The position numbers and the translations under genes were made by a program. A stretch of 64,000 nt of DNA from Rickettsiales bacterium. Lineage in GTDB: Bacteria > Pseudomonadota > Alphaproteobacteria > Rickettsiales > CANDYO01. Below, piece after piece: positions 10,284 through 21,304 of the stretch (within the stretch, counting starts at the first letter, position 1; the number at the start of each line of letters is the position of its first letter). Under the pieces are notes generated by a model, which was given only the letters and a program-made list of their open reading frames with translations, made no database searches and was not told the DNA's origin. The stretch is taken from assembly GCA_965228885.1 (NCBI GenBank), contig OZ245841.1, forward strand, positions 1,464,348 through 1,528,347. The letters are read 5' to 3'.

Positions 10284-10480
10284 TTTATAAATTTATCACC
10301 TCATATTACGTCACCCTTGACACGAAGGGCCGAGGGGCCAGTAAGATCTTCTTAAATACACTTCAAACAACTTTTCTTAAAACACAAACAAACAACCGTT
10401 ATGTGAAGTTCTAATTGCATCTTTGCTCATTTATGCTAAATTCTAAGGCTATATTCATACAATAATAAAATAAGAGAAAA

Positions 10481-11269
10481 ATGCATAATATAACAATACA
10501 TAAACCAGAAGATTTTAGCAAAATGCGCATCAGTGGAAAACTTGCTGCTGAGGTTTTAGATTTCATCACAGATTATGTTAAACCAGGGGTAACCACCCTT
10601 GAATTAAATGATCTATGTCATGATATGATTATTAAAAATGGAGCGATTCCAGCTCCCCTTAATTATCGTGGATTTCCAAAATCTATTTGCACTTCAATTA
10701 ATCACGTTGTTTGTCACGGCATACCTGATGATCGTAAATTAAAAGATGGTGATATTATTAATATAGACGTCACTGTGATCGTTGATGGATGGCACGGCGA
10801 TAGCAGTAGGACCTATTACGTTGGCAAACCTTCAGTTAAAGCAAAGCGCTTAGTGGAAACAACTCACGAGGCTATGATGCGCGGCATCGAGCAAGTTAAG
10901 CCTGGTGCTCATTTGAGTGATATTGGCCATGCAATTGAAAGCTATATCAAGCCTTTTGGTTATTCTTCTGTTAGAGAATATTGTGGGCATGGTATTGGCA
11001 GAATCTTCCATACTGAACCAAGCGTGATGCATTTTGGCAAAGCAGGAACCGGGCCAGTTTTAGAAGAAGGAATGTTTTTCACTGTAGAACCAATGATTAA
11101 TGTTGGCACATATCAAACTAGATTAAGCCCCGTAGATAACTGGACTGTAACCACAAAAGACAGACAATTATCAGCTCAGTTTGAGCATACAATAGGAGTA
11201 ACAAGTGATGGATATGAAATTTTCACTCTATCACCAAAAGGATATGACAAACCTCCTTATAATAACTAG
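10481..11269 (+). CDS. map: methionine aminopeptidase type I
   Basis: GFPKSICTSINHVVCHGIP, DVT, GHGIG, EPM, SAQFEHT. Confidence 0.97.
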   Translation: MHNITIHKPEDFSKMRISGKLAAEVLDFITDYVKPGVTTLELNDLCHDMIIKNGAIPAPLNYRGFPKSICTSINHVVCHGIPDDRKLKDGDIINIDVTVIVDGWHGDSSRTYYVGKPSVKAKRLVETTHEAMMRGIEQVKPGAHLSDIGHAIESYIKPFGYSSVREYCGHGIGRIFHTEPSVMHFGKAGTGPVLEEGMFFTVEPMINVGTYQTRLSPVDNWTVTTKDRQLSAQFEHTIGVTSDGYEIFTLSPKGYDKPPYNN

Positions 11270-11279
11270 GATTTAAAAA

Positions 11280-12755
11280 ATGAAAGCTTATAGCAAACTA
11301 GAAGAGATTTTCAAAAGAATTGGCACATTAAACAGCATCCAAGCTTTAGTTTCTTGGGATAATAATGTGATGCTTCCTAAAGGAGCCACATCTTCTTGTG
11401 CAATGCAGATGACATATCTCTCTGGGGAAAGTTATAAGCTCTTAAATGATCCTTCCCTAGAAAATCTTATTGAAGATGCATCAGAGGAAAACTTGAACGA
11501 TTGGCAGAAGGCAAATCTTTCACATATTAAATATCAATATTTATGTAACAAAGTTGTTGATGAGAAATTTGTTAAAGAAAAAACCAATCTTTCTCTAACT
11601 TCTGAATTCAACTGGAGGGAAGCAAGAAAGAATAATAACTTTAAATTATTTGCCCAACATGTTAAACCTCTATTAAAATTAGTCCAAGAAGAAGCCTCAC
11701 GCAGAGGAGAATTATTTAATCTCTCCCCTTATGATGCCTTATTAGATGGATATGATAAGGGTCGTAAATCTGAAGAAATTGATGTTATTTTTGCAGATTT
11801 AGAAAACTTTTTACCTGAGTTTATTTCTCAAGCACAAGAAAAACAAAAAACTAGAAAAATTACTCCTTTAAATGGCAATTTCTCTGAAGAGAAGCAGAAA
11901 GAATTAGGCTTATTCTGTATGAAAGCTTTAGGGTTTGATTTAAATCGTGGCAGACTTGATGTTAGTGTTCACCCCTTTTCCACTGGAATCTCCCCTAATG
12001 ATGTGAGAATCACCACTCGTTATGATAAAAAGAGTTTTATCTCTGGATTATATGGAGTGCTTCATGAAACTGGTCATGCTCTATATGAACAAAATCTTCC
12101 TCAAGATTATATTCTTCAACCAGTTTCTGGTCATTGTGGTATGACAATTCATGAAAGCCAATCTCTTTTTGTTGAAAATCATATAGGTAATAGCAAAGAA
12201 TTCTTCGAGTGGATCATGCCAGAAATTATTGATAAATTTGGTAAACATCCAAGTTTAACTGCAGAAAATTTATATAACATAACTAATAAAGTTTCTCCAA
12301 GCTTTATAAGAGTGGACGCAGATGAAGTGACTTATCCAGCCCATGTAATTATGCGTTATAAGTTAGAAAAGGCTCTCTTATCGGGTGATCTTCCCATAGA
12401 AGAATTACCTGAAGCTTGGGAGGAAGAAATATATAGATTACTAAAAATAAAACCAAAAAACTTCACAGAAGGATGCTTGCAAGACATCCACTGGGCTTGG
12501 GGAGCTATTGGGTATTTTCCCACTTACACTTTAGGAGCAATGTTTGCATCTCAACTTGGAGCTACAATGAATAAAAGTATCAATAATGCTGACCTAGTTA
12601 GAAAAGGTGATTTAAAACCTATTATCAATTGGTTGAAAGAAAAGATTCATATTCATGGCTCTAGATACTCTTCAAATGAATTGGTGATCAACTCAACTGG
12701 GGAGCCCATAAATAGCGATGTTTTTAAAACATATCTTAAAAAGAAGTATTTATAA
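11280..12755 (+). CDS. carboxypeptidase M32 family
   Basis: HPF, HETGH, HESQS, IRVDADE, GCLQDIHW, GYFPTY. Confidence 0.95.
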   Translation: MKAYSKLEEIFKRIGTLNSIQALVSWDNNVMLPKGATSSCAMQMTYLSGESYKLLNDPSLENLIEDASEENLNDWQKANLSHIKYQYLCNKVVDEKFVKEKTNLSLTSEFNWREARKNNNFKLFAQHVKPLLKLVQEEASRRGELFNLSPYDALLDGYDKGRKSEEIDVIFADLENFLPEFISQAQEKQKTRKITPLNGNFSEEKQKELGLFCMKALGFDLNRGRLDVSVHPFSTGISPNDVRITTRYDKKSFISGLYGVLHETGHALYEQNLPQDYILQPVSGHCGMTIHESQSLFVENHIGNSKEFFEWIMPEIIDKFGKHPSLTAENLYNITNKVSPSFIRVDADEVTYPAHVIMRYKLEKALLSGDLPIEELPEAWEEEIYRLLKIKPKNFTEGCLQDIHWAWGAIGYFPTYTLGAMFASQLGATMNKSINNADLVRKGDLKPIINWLKEKIHIHGSRYSSNELVINSTGEPINSDVFKTYLKKKYL

Positions 12756-12764
12756 TTTTAAATA

Positions 12765-13835
12765 TCAAAGACTATAATGCTCCGTTACCTCACCCACAAA
12801 TGATGTATGGCTAACATCTTCATTACCACCTGTATGATATGTATGGTTAGAATCCTCTATCGACATATCCTCCATTAATATATTAACTTCAGGCCATTCA
12901 AGAGAATAATAATTTTCTCCTGCAGCAAATAAGCGAATCTCTATATTACTGGAAGAGGATTCAAATAAAATTGGGATTTCTCCAATATTTCTATATAGAT
13001 ATATATTTATACTAAAGAAATTTGCTAAATCTTGAATAATTGAAGTGTCTATTGAATACTGTATTGCAAATAATATCATGCTATCTAAATACTCTTCAAA
13101 TCCATCTATATAAATATTATCTTGACTTCTAACATCGCGTATAAGATACATATAATTTATAAAATCTGTTCTTAAAGAAATTGAATCAGTATAAATAATT
13201 TCTCTTGAAATAACGTCAAATATATTACTATTCTCTACTACTAAATATCCCTGTTCTTCAACATCATTAATCATATGTATTCTATAGTATTCAATAAAAC
13301 TATTTGAAGCCTCTTCTTCATAAAATTCCACTAAGTGAACAAATTCTTCATCTGAACTTAAAGGAAAAATATTAAATAAATTAGGATCAAAAGAGCGCAA
13401 TAAAGATACTAACTCTATATAAGAAGTGGGGATAGGATGGCTACCTAAAGAAAAACATTCTATAAATAAAGTAATACCAATTCCATTATCTAACATCAAC
13501 TTAAAAGTCTTAAGCAATTCTATAGACTTATAATTATAACGATTATTTAACATTTCTTTAATGGTATCAATGCTTACTCTAGCTCCATTACTAATTAATA
13601 AATTTATGATACCTAATCTATAATACTGACATGCCATTTCCAATGGAGTAACTCCTAGATATTCATCAAAAGCAGCGTTAACACTCACTCCCTCTTCAAT
13701 CCTGTTCTGCACAATATCTACTCTATTTGTTGCTATAGCAGAGAAGATATCCATATCTCTGTCTCTAATTCTAGATTCAATTTCTAGGTCTCTTTGATGC
13801 ATAGTTTTAAGTCTTTTATTTGGCACTTCTTTCAT
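12765..13835 (-). CDS. ankyrin repeat protein
   Basis: IEEGVSVNA..GVTPLEMACQ..IINLLISNGA. Confidence 0.75.
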   Translation of the reverse strand: MKEVPNKRLKTMHQRDLEIESRIRDRDMDIFSAIATNRVDIVQNRIEEGVSVNAAFDEYLGVTPLEMACQYYRLGIINLLISNGARVSIDTIKEMLNNRYNYKSIELLKTFKLMLDNGIGITLFIECFSLGSHPIPTSYIELVSLLRSFDPNLFNIFPLSSDEEFVHLVEFYEEEASNSFIEYYRIHMINDVEEQGYLVVENSNIFDVISREIIYTDSISLRTDFINYMYLIRDVRSQDNIYIDGFEEYLDSMILFAIQYSIDTSIIQDLANFFSINIYLYRNIGEIPILFESSSSNIEIRLFAAGENYYSLEWPEVNILMEDMSIEDSNHTYHTGGNEDVSHTSFVGEVTEHYSL

Positions 13836-13847
13836 ATATTATCTTAT

Positions 13848-14405
13848 AATAAATCATCCTCGGAGCAAGCCCCGAGGTATTTATTATAAGAATAACTTCA
13901 ACTGCTGTTTATGTAATACTTGGTATTCTGCTTCTTTACCTTGATTTTTTACATAATTAGCTATGCTCTTTTCGTTTCCATGTTGACCTACTGTATTTAT
14001 AAAGAATCCTTTGCTCCAGAACTCCCCTCCCCACAATTGTTTCTTTACTTTAGGAGACAATCTAAAAACTTCTCTTGCTGTTATACTCTTTACAATAGTT
14101 GCTATCTTAGTAGGACTATACATAGGTACTGACTGAATAAGAAAATGAACATGATCTTTATCAGTTCCAATTTCTAAAAACACTATTTCATATCTTTTTG
14201 AAATTTCTAAGCAAACCTCTTTCAAAACATGATCTACTTCTTCTTCAAATATTACTTTCCTATATTTTGCCGGACATACCAAATGATACAGAAGCACTGA
14301 TACATTATGGCTCTTATGTTTATATTCACTCTTAGGCATTCCATAACTTTATCACTGTTATTTCTACGAGGCAAGCCTCGAGGAATTAAACCTGTAGCGA
14401 TTAAA
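13848..14405 (-). mobile_element. IS200-family element, copy 1
   Basis: 558 bp appearing identical to 51995-52552; subterminal hairpins CCTCGGAGCAAGCCCCGAGG and CGAGGCAAGCCTCG; no tnpB. Confidence 0.9.
13884..14339 (-). CDS. tnpA: IS200/IS605 Y1 transposase
   Basis: YHLV..KYR, HuH (DHVH), LWGGEFWS, YVKNQ. Confidence 0.95.
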   Translation of the reverse strand: MPKSEYKHKSHNVSVLLYHLVCPAKYRKVIFEEEVDHVLKEVCLEISKRYEIVFLEIGTDKDHVHFLIQSVPMYSPTKIATIVKSITAREVFRLSPKVKKQLWGGEFWSKGFFINTVGQHGNEKSIANYVKNQGKEAEYQVLHKQQLKLFL

Positions 14406-14694
14406 ATGACCATATTATTAATATAAATAGTTTTTCCTAGAATAAATAGACATTATCTTTAATTTGAGTAAGTTTATTATTGGAATGCTGTCACAAAAGA
14501 TATCTAACTATCTAACACATCAAATATATAAAATGAAAAAAATCACCCCAAATAAATAATATTAATAAAACTTAACCTACAATAGAATAACGCTAGTATT
14601 TATCCTCTATAAATATACGTATTATATACGTATTCACTTCCCCTGATAAAAGGTATATAAATATAATATAGTAAATTATTAGGGAGGATTAACT

Positions 14695-15015
14695 ATGTTT
14701 ATACAAAATAAAGACTCTTTTTTTCTTGATGAAAATTTCTACTTCAATCAATTTATTCCCTTTATCAATAAAGAAAAAGAAAATGAATGGAAGATAAATT
14801 ATCTAAAAATAAAAACCAACGAAGTTTTATTTCATAATACAAAAGATAATGACGAGCTCATTGTCATTCTTAGTGGGAATGGAGGAATTACTATGAATGA
14901 AGAAAGCACTCTAACCAAAACTGGAGATCTAGTTCATTTTCCTAAGAATACAATACGGTCCATTGCCAATATAAAAAAAGAAGATCTTCATGTGATTATT
15001 ATTACAATTAATTAA
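14695..15015 (+). CDS. cupin-fold protein
   Basis: ELIVILSGNG..KTGDLVHFPKN cupin pattern; GGGAGG RBS. Confidence 0.65.
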   Translation: MFIQNKDSFFLDENFYFNQFIPFINKEKENEWKINYLKIKTNEVLFHNTKDNDELIVILSGNGGITMNEESTLTKTGDLVHFPKNTIRSIANIKKEDLHVIIITIN

Positions 15016-15132
15016 AATTAAATACGACCAAAAAAAATTCGTTGACAAGTTGTATTTATCTGACTACCATACAACCTATGGAATATATCGTTATTCTCCA
15101 GTAGCCCTATTCTGATAAAAAGGGAAAATGCT

Positions 15133-15981
15133 ATGATGAAACCGAACGACAATGAAAGAGCCTATCAATATAATAAAGCAATTAACTATAAATTAAGACA
15201 CATATGCCAGCCATTCTTAAATGCTTCTAAAGCTTCTGTAATTGCATACCATAAGGTTTACTACGATGGCAGCACAGTGAGCGTTGCGACAAATTATAAA
15301 GTGCTAAAAGAATATTATTTATACGTACAAAGGAAAGGGCTGTTTTTTTTAGCTCATTTACATAACATCCCTACAAACAAACTGTTTTACTTTCTCTGGC
15401 CGGAAATAGTAGAAAATGAATTGCATGACCTTATGATCCATCTTGGTATATGGAATGGATTTAACATATATATAAAGCATAAAGACTGCATAGAAAACTT
15501 TGTATTTACAGGAGATCTAGACAATAAAATCATGCAAAATTACTGCATTAACAATCTAGAATTAGTAGATAGTTTTATTGGATATTTCAAAGAAAAGGCT
15601 CATGAATTTATTTATAATATTGATAAAAGAGATATGGCTTTTTTTAACTATTCTAACACTATTAAAACCAATCCTTCAACGACTCCCAAAACATCCAGTA
15701 TCTTTGATATTAAAAAAATACCTTTATATATAAATAATAACAAAATTTACCTAACCAAGCGTCAAGCTTTATGCATTAGCTTTATTGCCGATGGACATTC
15801 AGTTAAAAACGCGTCCTCCATATTAAATATATCATACAGGACAATAGAGAAACACATCGACAACATAAGATCAAAAGCAGATAATATGTATAGAGATAAA
15901 CTTATCGATCTGGTTAATCTTCCAGAAAATACAATAATTAAAAATCTAAAATCTGTTCTTAAAAATGAATATAAAACCTAA
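15133..15981 (+). CDS. LuxR-type HTH regulator with atypical N-terminal sensor domain
   Basis: LTKRQALC..G.SVK..ILNISYRTIEKHI; paralogous to the 34372-39893 cluster; TTGACA-17-TACCAT at 15042. Confidence 0.8.
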   Translation: MMKPNDNERAYQYNKAINYKLRHICQPFLNASKASVIAYHKVYYDGSTVSVATNYKVLKEYYLYVQRKGLFFLAHLHNIPTNKLFYFLWPEIVENELHDLMIHLGIWNGFNIYIKHKDCIENFVFTGDLDNKIMQNYCINNLELVDSFIGYFKEKAHEFIYNIDKRDMAFFNYSNTIKTNPSTTPKTSSIFDIKKIPLYINNNKIYLTKRQALCISFIADGHSVKNASSILNISYRTIEKHIDNIRSKADNMYRDKLIDLVNLPENTIIKNLKSVLKNEYKT

Positions 15982-16286
15982 TACAAATCCTCAATTACAA
16001 ATTGATTTTTTATTGAGAAGCTATGCAAAATTATTCCAATATCGTTATTTAAGATTTATAAACTTCAAAGTAATTTGAAGTGATTTAAAACCAAAAAACA
16101 TCTCATAATAGAAAACCGAGCGAACTCTTGTGTAAACTAAATGGTAATATTGGATGTAACTTTAGCAAATTTAGCTAATATAAGTTCTTTAAATATACTG
16201 AACTTATAATAAAGTAAAAACCCCTAGTTTTTTATATATTTTCTGTTATATTACTGCATTTGGGAAATAGTGAATAGAAATTAATA

Positions 16287-16363
16287 TGGTAGCTGGGGAG
16301 GGATTTGAACCCCCGACCCCAGGATTATGATTCCCGTGCTCTAACCAACTGAGCTACCCAGCC
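16287..16363 (-). tRNA. tRNA-Met(CAT), elongator-like
   Basis: GGCTGGGTAGCTCAG...AATCATAAT...TTCAAATCC...ACCA cloverleaf. Confidence 0.93.
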
Positions 16364-16417
16364 ATATTATTCAAGCTATTATGTATAATGATTCATTTAG
16401 GTGTTGTCAAGTAAGCA

Positions 16418-16885
16418 ATGATTATATTTGATATAAATCAATTTAAAAATTCTCTAAAAGATGGATATCGTCTATTAGGACTAGATATAGGAAAGGTTAG
16501 AATTGGCTCTTCTTTGAGTGATGAGAATAAAATTTTAGCCAGTGGACATCTTTTATTTAATTTAAAGAAGCAGAAGTTTACTTTATCTAACTTGCGTTCT
16601 ATTATAGATAATGAAAAGGTCTACGGTATTGTGGTTGGTTATCCTCTTCAAATGGATGGAGAAAAAGGTGATTCTTGTTTTATGGTAGATAAATTTATTG
16701 AAAAATTTGTATTACCTCTAAATCAACCTATTTTTCTCCAAGATGAAAGACTATCTACAGCAGCAGTGGGGCGTTTTTTTAAAGAAATGGAACTAACTAG
16801 AAAGCAACAAGCTGATAGAAATGATGTAGCTTCAGCTAGATATATCTTACAAAATGTGATAGATAAATTAGAGAATATTAAATAA
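16418..16885 (+). CDS. ruvX: RuvX/YqgF family nuclease
   Basis: LGLDIGKVRIG, VVGYPLQMDG, DERLST, D..SA..ILQ. Confidence 0.92.
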   Translation: MIIFDINQFKNSLKDGYRLLGLDIGKVRIGSSLSDENKILASGHLLFNLKKQKFTLSNLRSIIDNEKVYGIVVGYPLQMDGEKGDSCFMVDKFIEKFVLPLNQPIFLQDERLSTAAVGRFFKEMELTRKQQADRNDVASARYILQNVIDKLENIK

Positions 16886-16895
16886 GGCATTAAAA

Positions 16896-17387
16896 ATGAA
16901 ATATTATACTATCTTAATATTAATTGTACTTCAAGGAACTGCCTCCGCCTCAAGCCAGGTAATAGCCACATCTAATCCTAACAGTACTACACAAACCCAA
17001 ACAGCAAATATACCTACTGCGCAGCCAGAGAAACCATTGCCATCCCTAGGAAGCTGTGATGAATATACAGATTATTATATCTATCAATGCATACCCCATA
17101 AATGCAGTCTACAAATTGGAGACTATGTTGGGGTTACCAGAACAATGGAAACAATAGGATATAAAGATAATTTATGCGTTCATAATATAGTATTTAGAAT
17201 GCGTAATCCAAAATACCCTCCATCTGAATCTTATATATATTGTAAATTGAATGAACAAGGAAGACTGGAAATGGCTAATTCCTTCACCAGATATAAAAAA
17301 GGTGATTTAAAAGCTTATGTAGATCCAGTAATGAGCAAAGAACTTAAAAATCAATGTAAATTTTCTAGAAATCAAAGAGTATGGTAG
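16896..17387 (+). CDS. hypothetical secreted protein
   Basis: Signal peptide, T/Q/P linker, six Cys. Confidence 0.65.
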   Translation: MKYYTILILIVLQGTASASSQVIATSNPNSTTQTQTANIPTAQPEKPLPSLGSCDEYTDYYIYQCIPHKCSLQIGDYVGVTRTMETIGYKDNLCVHNIVFRMRNPKYPPSESYIYCKLNEQGRLEMANSFTRYKKGDLKAYVDPVMSKELKNQCKFSRNQRVW

Positions 17388-18442
17388 ATATATATAATTT
17401 AAATAAATCTGAACTATCCCAAGAATTAAGCATAATGGGAGAGAAATCTTATCGTGCTGAGCAAATATGGCATTGGCTGTATGTTAAAGGGGTTACAAAA
17501 TTTTCCCAAATGAGCAATCTCTCACCAAGCTTACAAGAAAAGCTAGACAATCATTTCACTATTACTCGTCAGAAAATAGCTGAAAAACAAGAATCTACCG
17601 ACGGAACCATAAAATGGCTATTAAAGCTAGAAGATGGAAATAAAGTTGAAGTTGTTTTCATTCCTGAAAAAACTAGAGGAACATTATGTATATCATCCCA
17701 AGTTGGCTGCACCTTAACTTGTAGTTTTTGTCACACTGGAACACAAAGATTTGTAAGAAACCTCACGACAAGCGAAGTGATAGGGCAATTGGTCTTGGCT
17801 AAAGATGAACTAAATGATTGGCATGACTCACCAAAAATCACTAATATTGTAATGATGGGGATGGGAGAACCTTTATATAACTACGACAATGTATCAAAGG
17901 CTCTAAAAATTCTTATGGAACAAAAAGGAATTGATTTTGCTCGCAGTCGCATTACCTTATCTACTTCTGGAGTGGTGCCAATGATCGATAAATGCGGAGA
18001 AGAATTAGGAGTGCATCTGGCTATCTCGCTCCATGCAGTGAATGACGAGCTAAGAAACATTCTTGTTCCTTTAAATAAAAAATATAACATAGAAGAACTA
18101 CTTAATTCTTGCAGGAACTATCCCGCTAACAGGCATCATAAAATAACTTTCGAATATGTAATGTTAGATGGCATGAATGATTCTATTGAACACGCACAAA
18201 AGCTAACAAAACTAATCAAAGGAATTCCCGCAAAAATTAATATTATTCCTTTTAATCCATGGCCAGGAAGTATATATTTATGTTCAAGCAAAGAGAAGAT
18301 TGCAGCATTTGCTAAAGAGATCAGAGATGCTGGATATCAAGCATTGGTTAGAACCCCCAGAGGGCAGGACATTCTAGCGGCTTGTGGTCAATTAAAAACA
18401 GAGAGTGAAAGACAGTCCAAATCTATTCTCTGTAAAACTTAA
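17381..18442 (+). CDS. rlmN: 23S rRNA m2A2503 radical SAM methyltransferase
   Basis: [27 protein letters not shown]. Confidence 0.97.
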   Translation: MVDIYNLNKSELSQELSIMGEKSYRAEQIWHWLYVKGVTKFSQMSNLSPSLQEKLDNHFTITRQKIAEKQESTDGTIKWLLKLEDGNKVEVVFIPEKTRGTLCISSQVGCTLTCSFCHTGTQRFVRNLTTSEVIGQLVLAKDELNDWHDSPKITNIVMMGMGEPLYNYDNVSKALKILMEQKGIDFARSRITLSTSGVVPMIDKCGEELGVHLAISLHAVNDELRNILVPLNKKYNIEELLNSCRNYPANRHHKITFEYVMLDGMNDSIEHAQKLTKLIKGIPAKINIIPFNPWPGSIYLCSSKEKIAAFAKEIRDAGYQALVRTPRGQDILAACGQLKTESERQSKSILCKT

Positions 18443-18483
18443 AAGATGTTAGTTTAAAATAAAATTTGGTATATAATTTAATC

Positions 18484-18798
18484 ATGAAAGCGTTATATTT
18501 ATTATTATTATTTTTTTCACTAAACTCATTTGCTACAGATACATATGAAGTGGTAATCCTTGAGCATAAATTTATTCCAGATACTTTAGTTATTCCTGCG
18601 AATAAAAAAATTAAGCTTATGGTGATTAATAAAGATGATACTGCAGAAGAGTTTGAAAGTTTTGAGTTAAGAAGAGAGAAAATTGTTCCAGCACATGGAC
18701 AAATTAAGGTAAACATAGGCCCATTAGAACCTGGCGAATATAACTTTTTTGGTGAATTTCATCAGAAAACCGCCCAAGGAAAAATTATTGTCAAATAA
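18484..18798 (+). CDS. cupredoxin-domain periplasmic protein (iron uptake partner)
   Basis: Signal peptide, AEEFES, PGEYNFFGEFH; adjacent to FTR1 permease. Confidence 0.85.
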   Translation: MKALYLLLLFFSLNSFATDTYEVVILEHKFIPDTLVIPANKKIKLMVINKDDTAEEFESFELRREKIVPAHGQIKVNIGPLEPGEYNFFGEFHQKTAQGKIIVK

Positions 18799-18813
18799 AG
18801 GTATATTAAGTAT

Positions 18814-19620
18814 ATGTTAGCCACTGCTGTTATTGTTTTTAGAGAAATGCTAGAAATCTGTTTAATTTTAGGAATTATATCTGCTGCTCTAGATAGTCTA
18901 AAAAACAAGAAAACATTATTACTGACAGGAATTACTGGAGGGATAATCCTTTCAATAATTTTTGCTTTCACTATGACTTATATCAATGGATTATTTGACG
19001 GAAATGGCCAGGAGATACTCAAAATTATTATTTTAACTATATCCATCATTTTTATTAATCTTACTATTATCTGGATAACTAAACATCGTAAAGAGCTGCA
19101 TAATAAAATTAACAACGCCACTCAAAGATTAATTAACAAAGAAATAAACACCCTCTCTTTAGTTATTGTTATAATATTTGTAATTAGTCGTGAAGGCATG
19201 GAAATAATTTTATTCTTAAGTGGAATATATAGCGCTGGCTCCACCCCGCAGGATCTAATTTTAGGGTCTATTATTGGAACGGCATCCGGCATAACATTTG
19301 GGCTATTATTATATAATGGATTATTAAAAATTCATGTAAAAAACTTTTTTAGCGTAATTAATATAATGCTAATATTATTAGCTGCTGGCATGGCTTCTGA
19401 ATTAGCAAATTATTTAAACTCCGCTGATCTTATTGAAGTTTTATCTAAACAAATATGGGATAGTTCTTGGTTAATCAATGAAAACAGTATTACTGGTAAA
19501 ATACTTCATAGTATTTTAGGTTATTCTTCTAAACCAACTCAGCTACAAGTAATTTTCTATGGAACATCTATAGCAATAACTTCAATATTATTAATGAATA
19601 GCAAAAAATTGTCTAAATGA
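18814..19620 (+). CDS. FTR1 family iron permease
   Basis: Two RExxE motifs (REMLE, REGME), multi-TM. Confidence 0.9.
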   Translation: MLATAVIVFREMLEICLILGIISAALDSLKNKKTLLLTGITGGIILSIIFAFTMTYINGLFDGNGQEILKIIILTISIIFINLTIIWITKHRKELHNKINNATQRLINKEINTLSLVIVIIFVISREGMEIILFLSGIYSAGSTPQDLILGSIIGTASGITFGLLLYNGLLKIHVKNFFSVINIMLILLAAGMASELANYLNSADLIEVLSKQIWDSSWLINENSITGKILHSILGYSSKPTQLQVIFYGTSIAITSILLMNSKKLSK

Positions 19621-20393
19621 AAATAACTAACTCAAGTAAAATTTCATTTGCGATTTGTTTTACTATAGCCCTATTGATAGTGGTAAATTATGATCGAAGT
19701 GATCCTTTTTATGACTCAATAAAATCTAAAATTCTTGACATAACCGAACCCATATTAACTTCTGCAAGTTCTGGTATATATGCCTTCAGTAAATTTACTG
19801 ACAATATCAACAACCTATTCACTATTCGTAAAGATAATGCAAAGCTAAAAGAGAGAAATAAATTATTAGAACATTATTTTTATCTTTATAAGCAAATAAA
19901 AGGAGAAAACCAAGAACTAAAAAGACAACTAAATTACACACAAGAACTTAACTACAACTATGTAACCGGACAAATAATAAGTAGAACTAACAATTACTTA
20001 AATAGAGAATTAATTGTCAATATAGGGGAAGATCAAGGAATAAAAAAAAGACAAATGGTCTTAGCTAAAAATACTTTTATCGGTAGAGTAATTAAAACTA
20101 GCAACAACACATCTAATATCCTATTAATTACTGATAATGAATCAAAAATTCCTGCCATTGGAGTTAACTCAAGAATCAAATTTATTGCTAGCGGATTAGA
20201 TAATGGAAATTTAAGCTGCGACTATTTACATAGCAATCAACTAGAAGAAGAATTAGTTATAACCTCAGGAGATAGCGAATTAATTCTTCCAAATATTATA
20301 ATAGGTAATGTGTTTCAAAAGGATAATTCGTTCTATATAAAACCCATTGTTAACTTCGATGAAATTGAATTTGTTCAAATATTGCAGCCTTAA
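19617..20393 (+). CDS. mreC: rod shape-determining protein MreC
   Basis: N-terminal TM, coiled coil, IGRVI..S.ILLITD, VITSG. Confidence 0.85.
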   Translation: MKITNSSKISFAICFTIALLIVVNYDRSDPFYDSIKSKILDITEPILTSASSGIYAFSKFTDNINNLFTIRKDNAKLKERNKLLEHYFYLYKQIKGENQELKRQLNYTQELNYNYVTGQIISRTNNYLNRELIVNIGEDQGIKKRQMVLAKNTFIGRVIKTSNNTSNILLITDNESKIPAIGVNSRIKFIASGLDNGNLSCDYLHSNQLEEELVITSGDSELILPNIIIGNVFQKDNSFYIKPIVNFDEIEFVQILQP

Positions 20394-20395
20394 AG

Positions 20396-21274
20396 ATGAA
20401 ACATAATAAGATAATAATAATTACAGGCCCCACAGCCAGCGGAAAAACTAGCTTTGCTGTAAAGTTAGCTCGAGAAATTGATGGAGAAATTATTAACGCT
20501 GATTCTCTTCAAGTATATAAAGAAAACCCCATCATTTCAGCCCAGCCTACTGAATTAGAGAAACAAAACATTCCTCATCATTTATTTGGCTATGTTATAG
20601 GAGATGAAGAATATAACGTTGCCAGGTGGATTAAAGATGCTTGTGAATGCATAAAATCATTAAAGAAAACACCAATTATAGTAGGTGGCACGGGACTATA
20701 TTTAAAGCATTTAATTTTTGGGCTAAGCTCCATTCCTAATATTCCTGATGAAACTAGATCCCAAGCAATGGAATTATTAAATAAGTTAGGCAATGATAAT
20801 TTCCATAAGGCATTAAGTGAACTAGATCCAGAAGCAGCAGCAAAAATAAACCCTAATAATGTGAAAAGATCTTTGCGTAGCTACGAAGTAATAAAATTCA
20901 CTGGTAAGTCTATTCTCCAATGGCAAAAAAAGAATATTAGCTATTTCCCAATTTCTAGCTTTAAAGTGAAAATTCTAGAACCAAATAGAGAAGATTTATA
21001 TAAGAAATGCAATCAGCGCTTCCTGAACATGTTAGAACTTGGAGTGATAGAAGAAGTAAGGCATCTAATGGCTCAAAATTATAATCCAATTTGCGGAATC
21101 ATGAAATCTCACGGCGTTCCAGAACTTAGCAAATACCTACTCAAAGAATGGAGTTTAGAAGAAGCCATTGCAAAATCACAGCAAGTCACCCGTAACTATG
21201 CTAAAAGACAAACCACCTGGTTTAAACATCAATTCAAACATGCTGAATTAGATGTTGAATTCATTAAACCTTAA
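20396..21274 (+). CDS. miaA: tRNA dimethylallyltransferase
   Basis: GPTASGKT, INADSLQVY, VGGTGLY, YAKRQTTWF. Confidence 0.96.
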   Translation: MKHNKIIIITGPTASGKTSFAVKLAREIDGEIINADSLQVYKENPIISAQPTELEKQNIPHHLFGYVIGDEEYNVARWIKDACECIKSLKKTPIIVGGTGLYLKHLIFGLSSIPNIPDETRSQAMELLNKLGNDNFHKALSELDPEAAAKINPNNVKRSLRSYEVIKFTGKSILQWQKKNISYFPISSFKVKILEPNREDLYKKCNQRFLNMLELGVIEEVRHLMAQNYNPICGIMKSHGVPELSKYLLKEWSLEEAIAKSQQVTRNYAKRQTTWFKHQFKHAELDVEFIKP

Positions 21275-21304
21275 TATCCTTTGATTTTTTTCTAATAGTC
21301 AACC

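Noticed and set aside
13848-14405. TnpB/omega-RNA system
   Set aside because: Element has only tnpA; no room for tnpB
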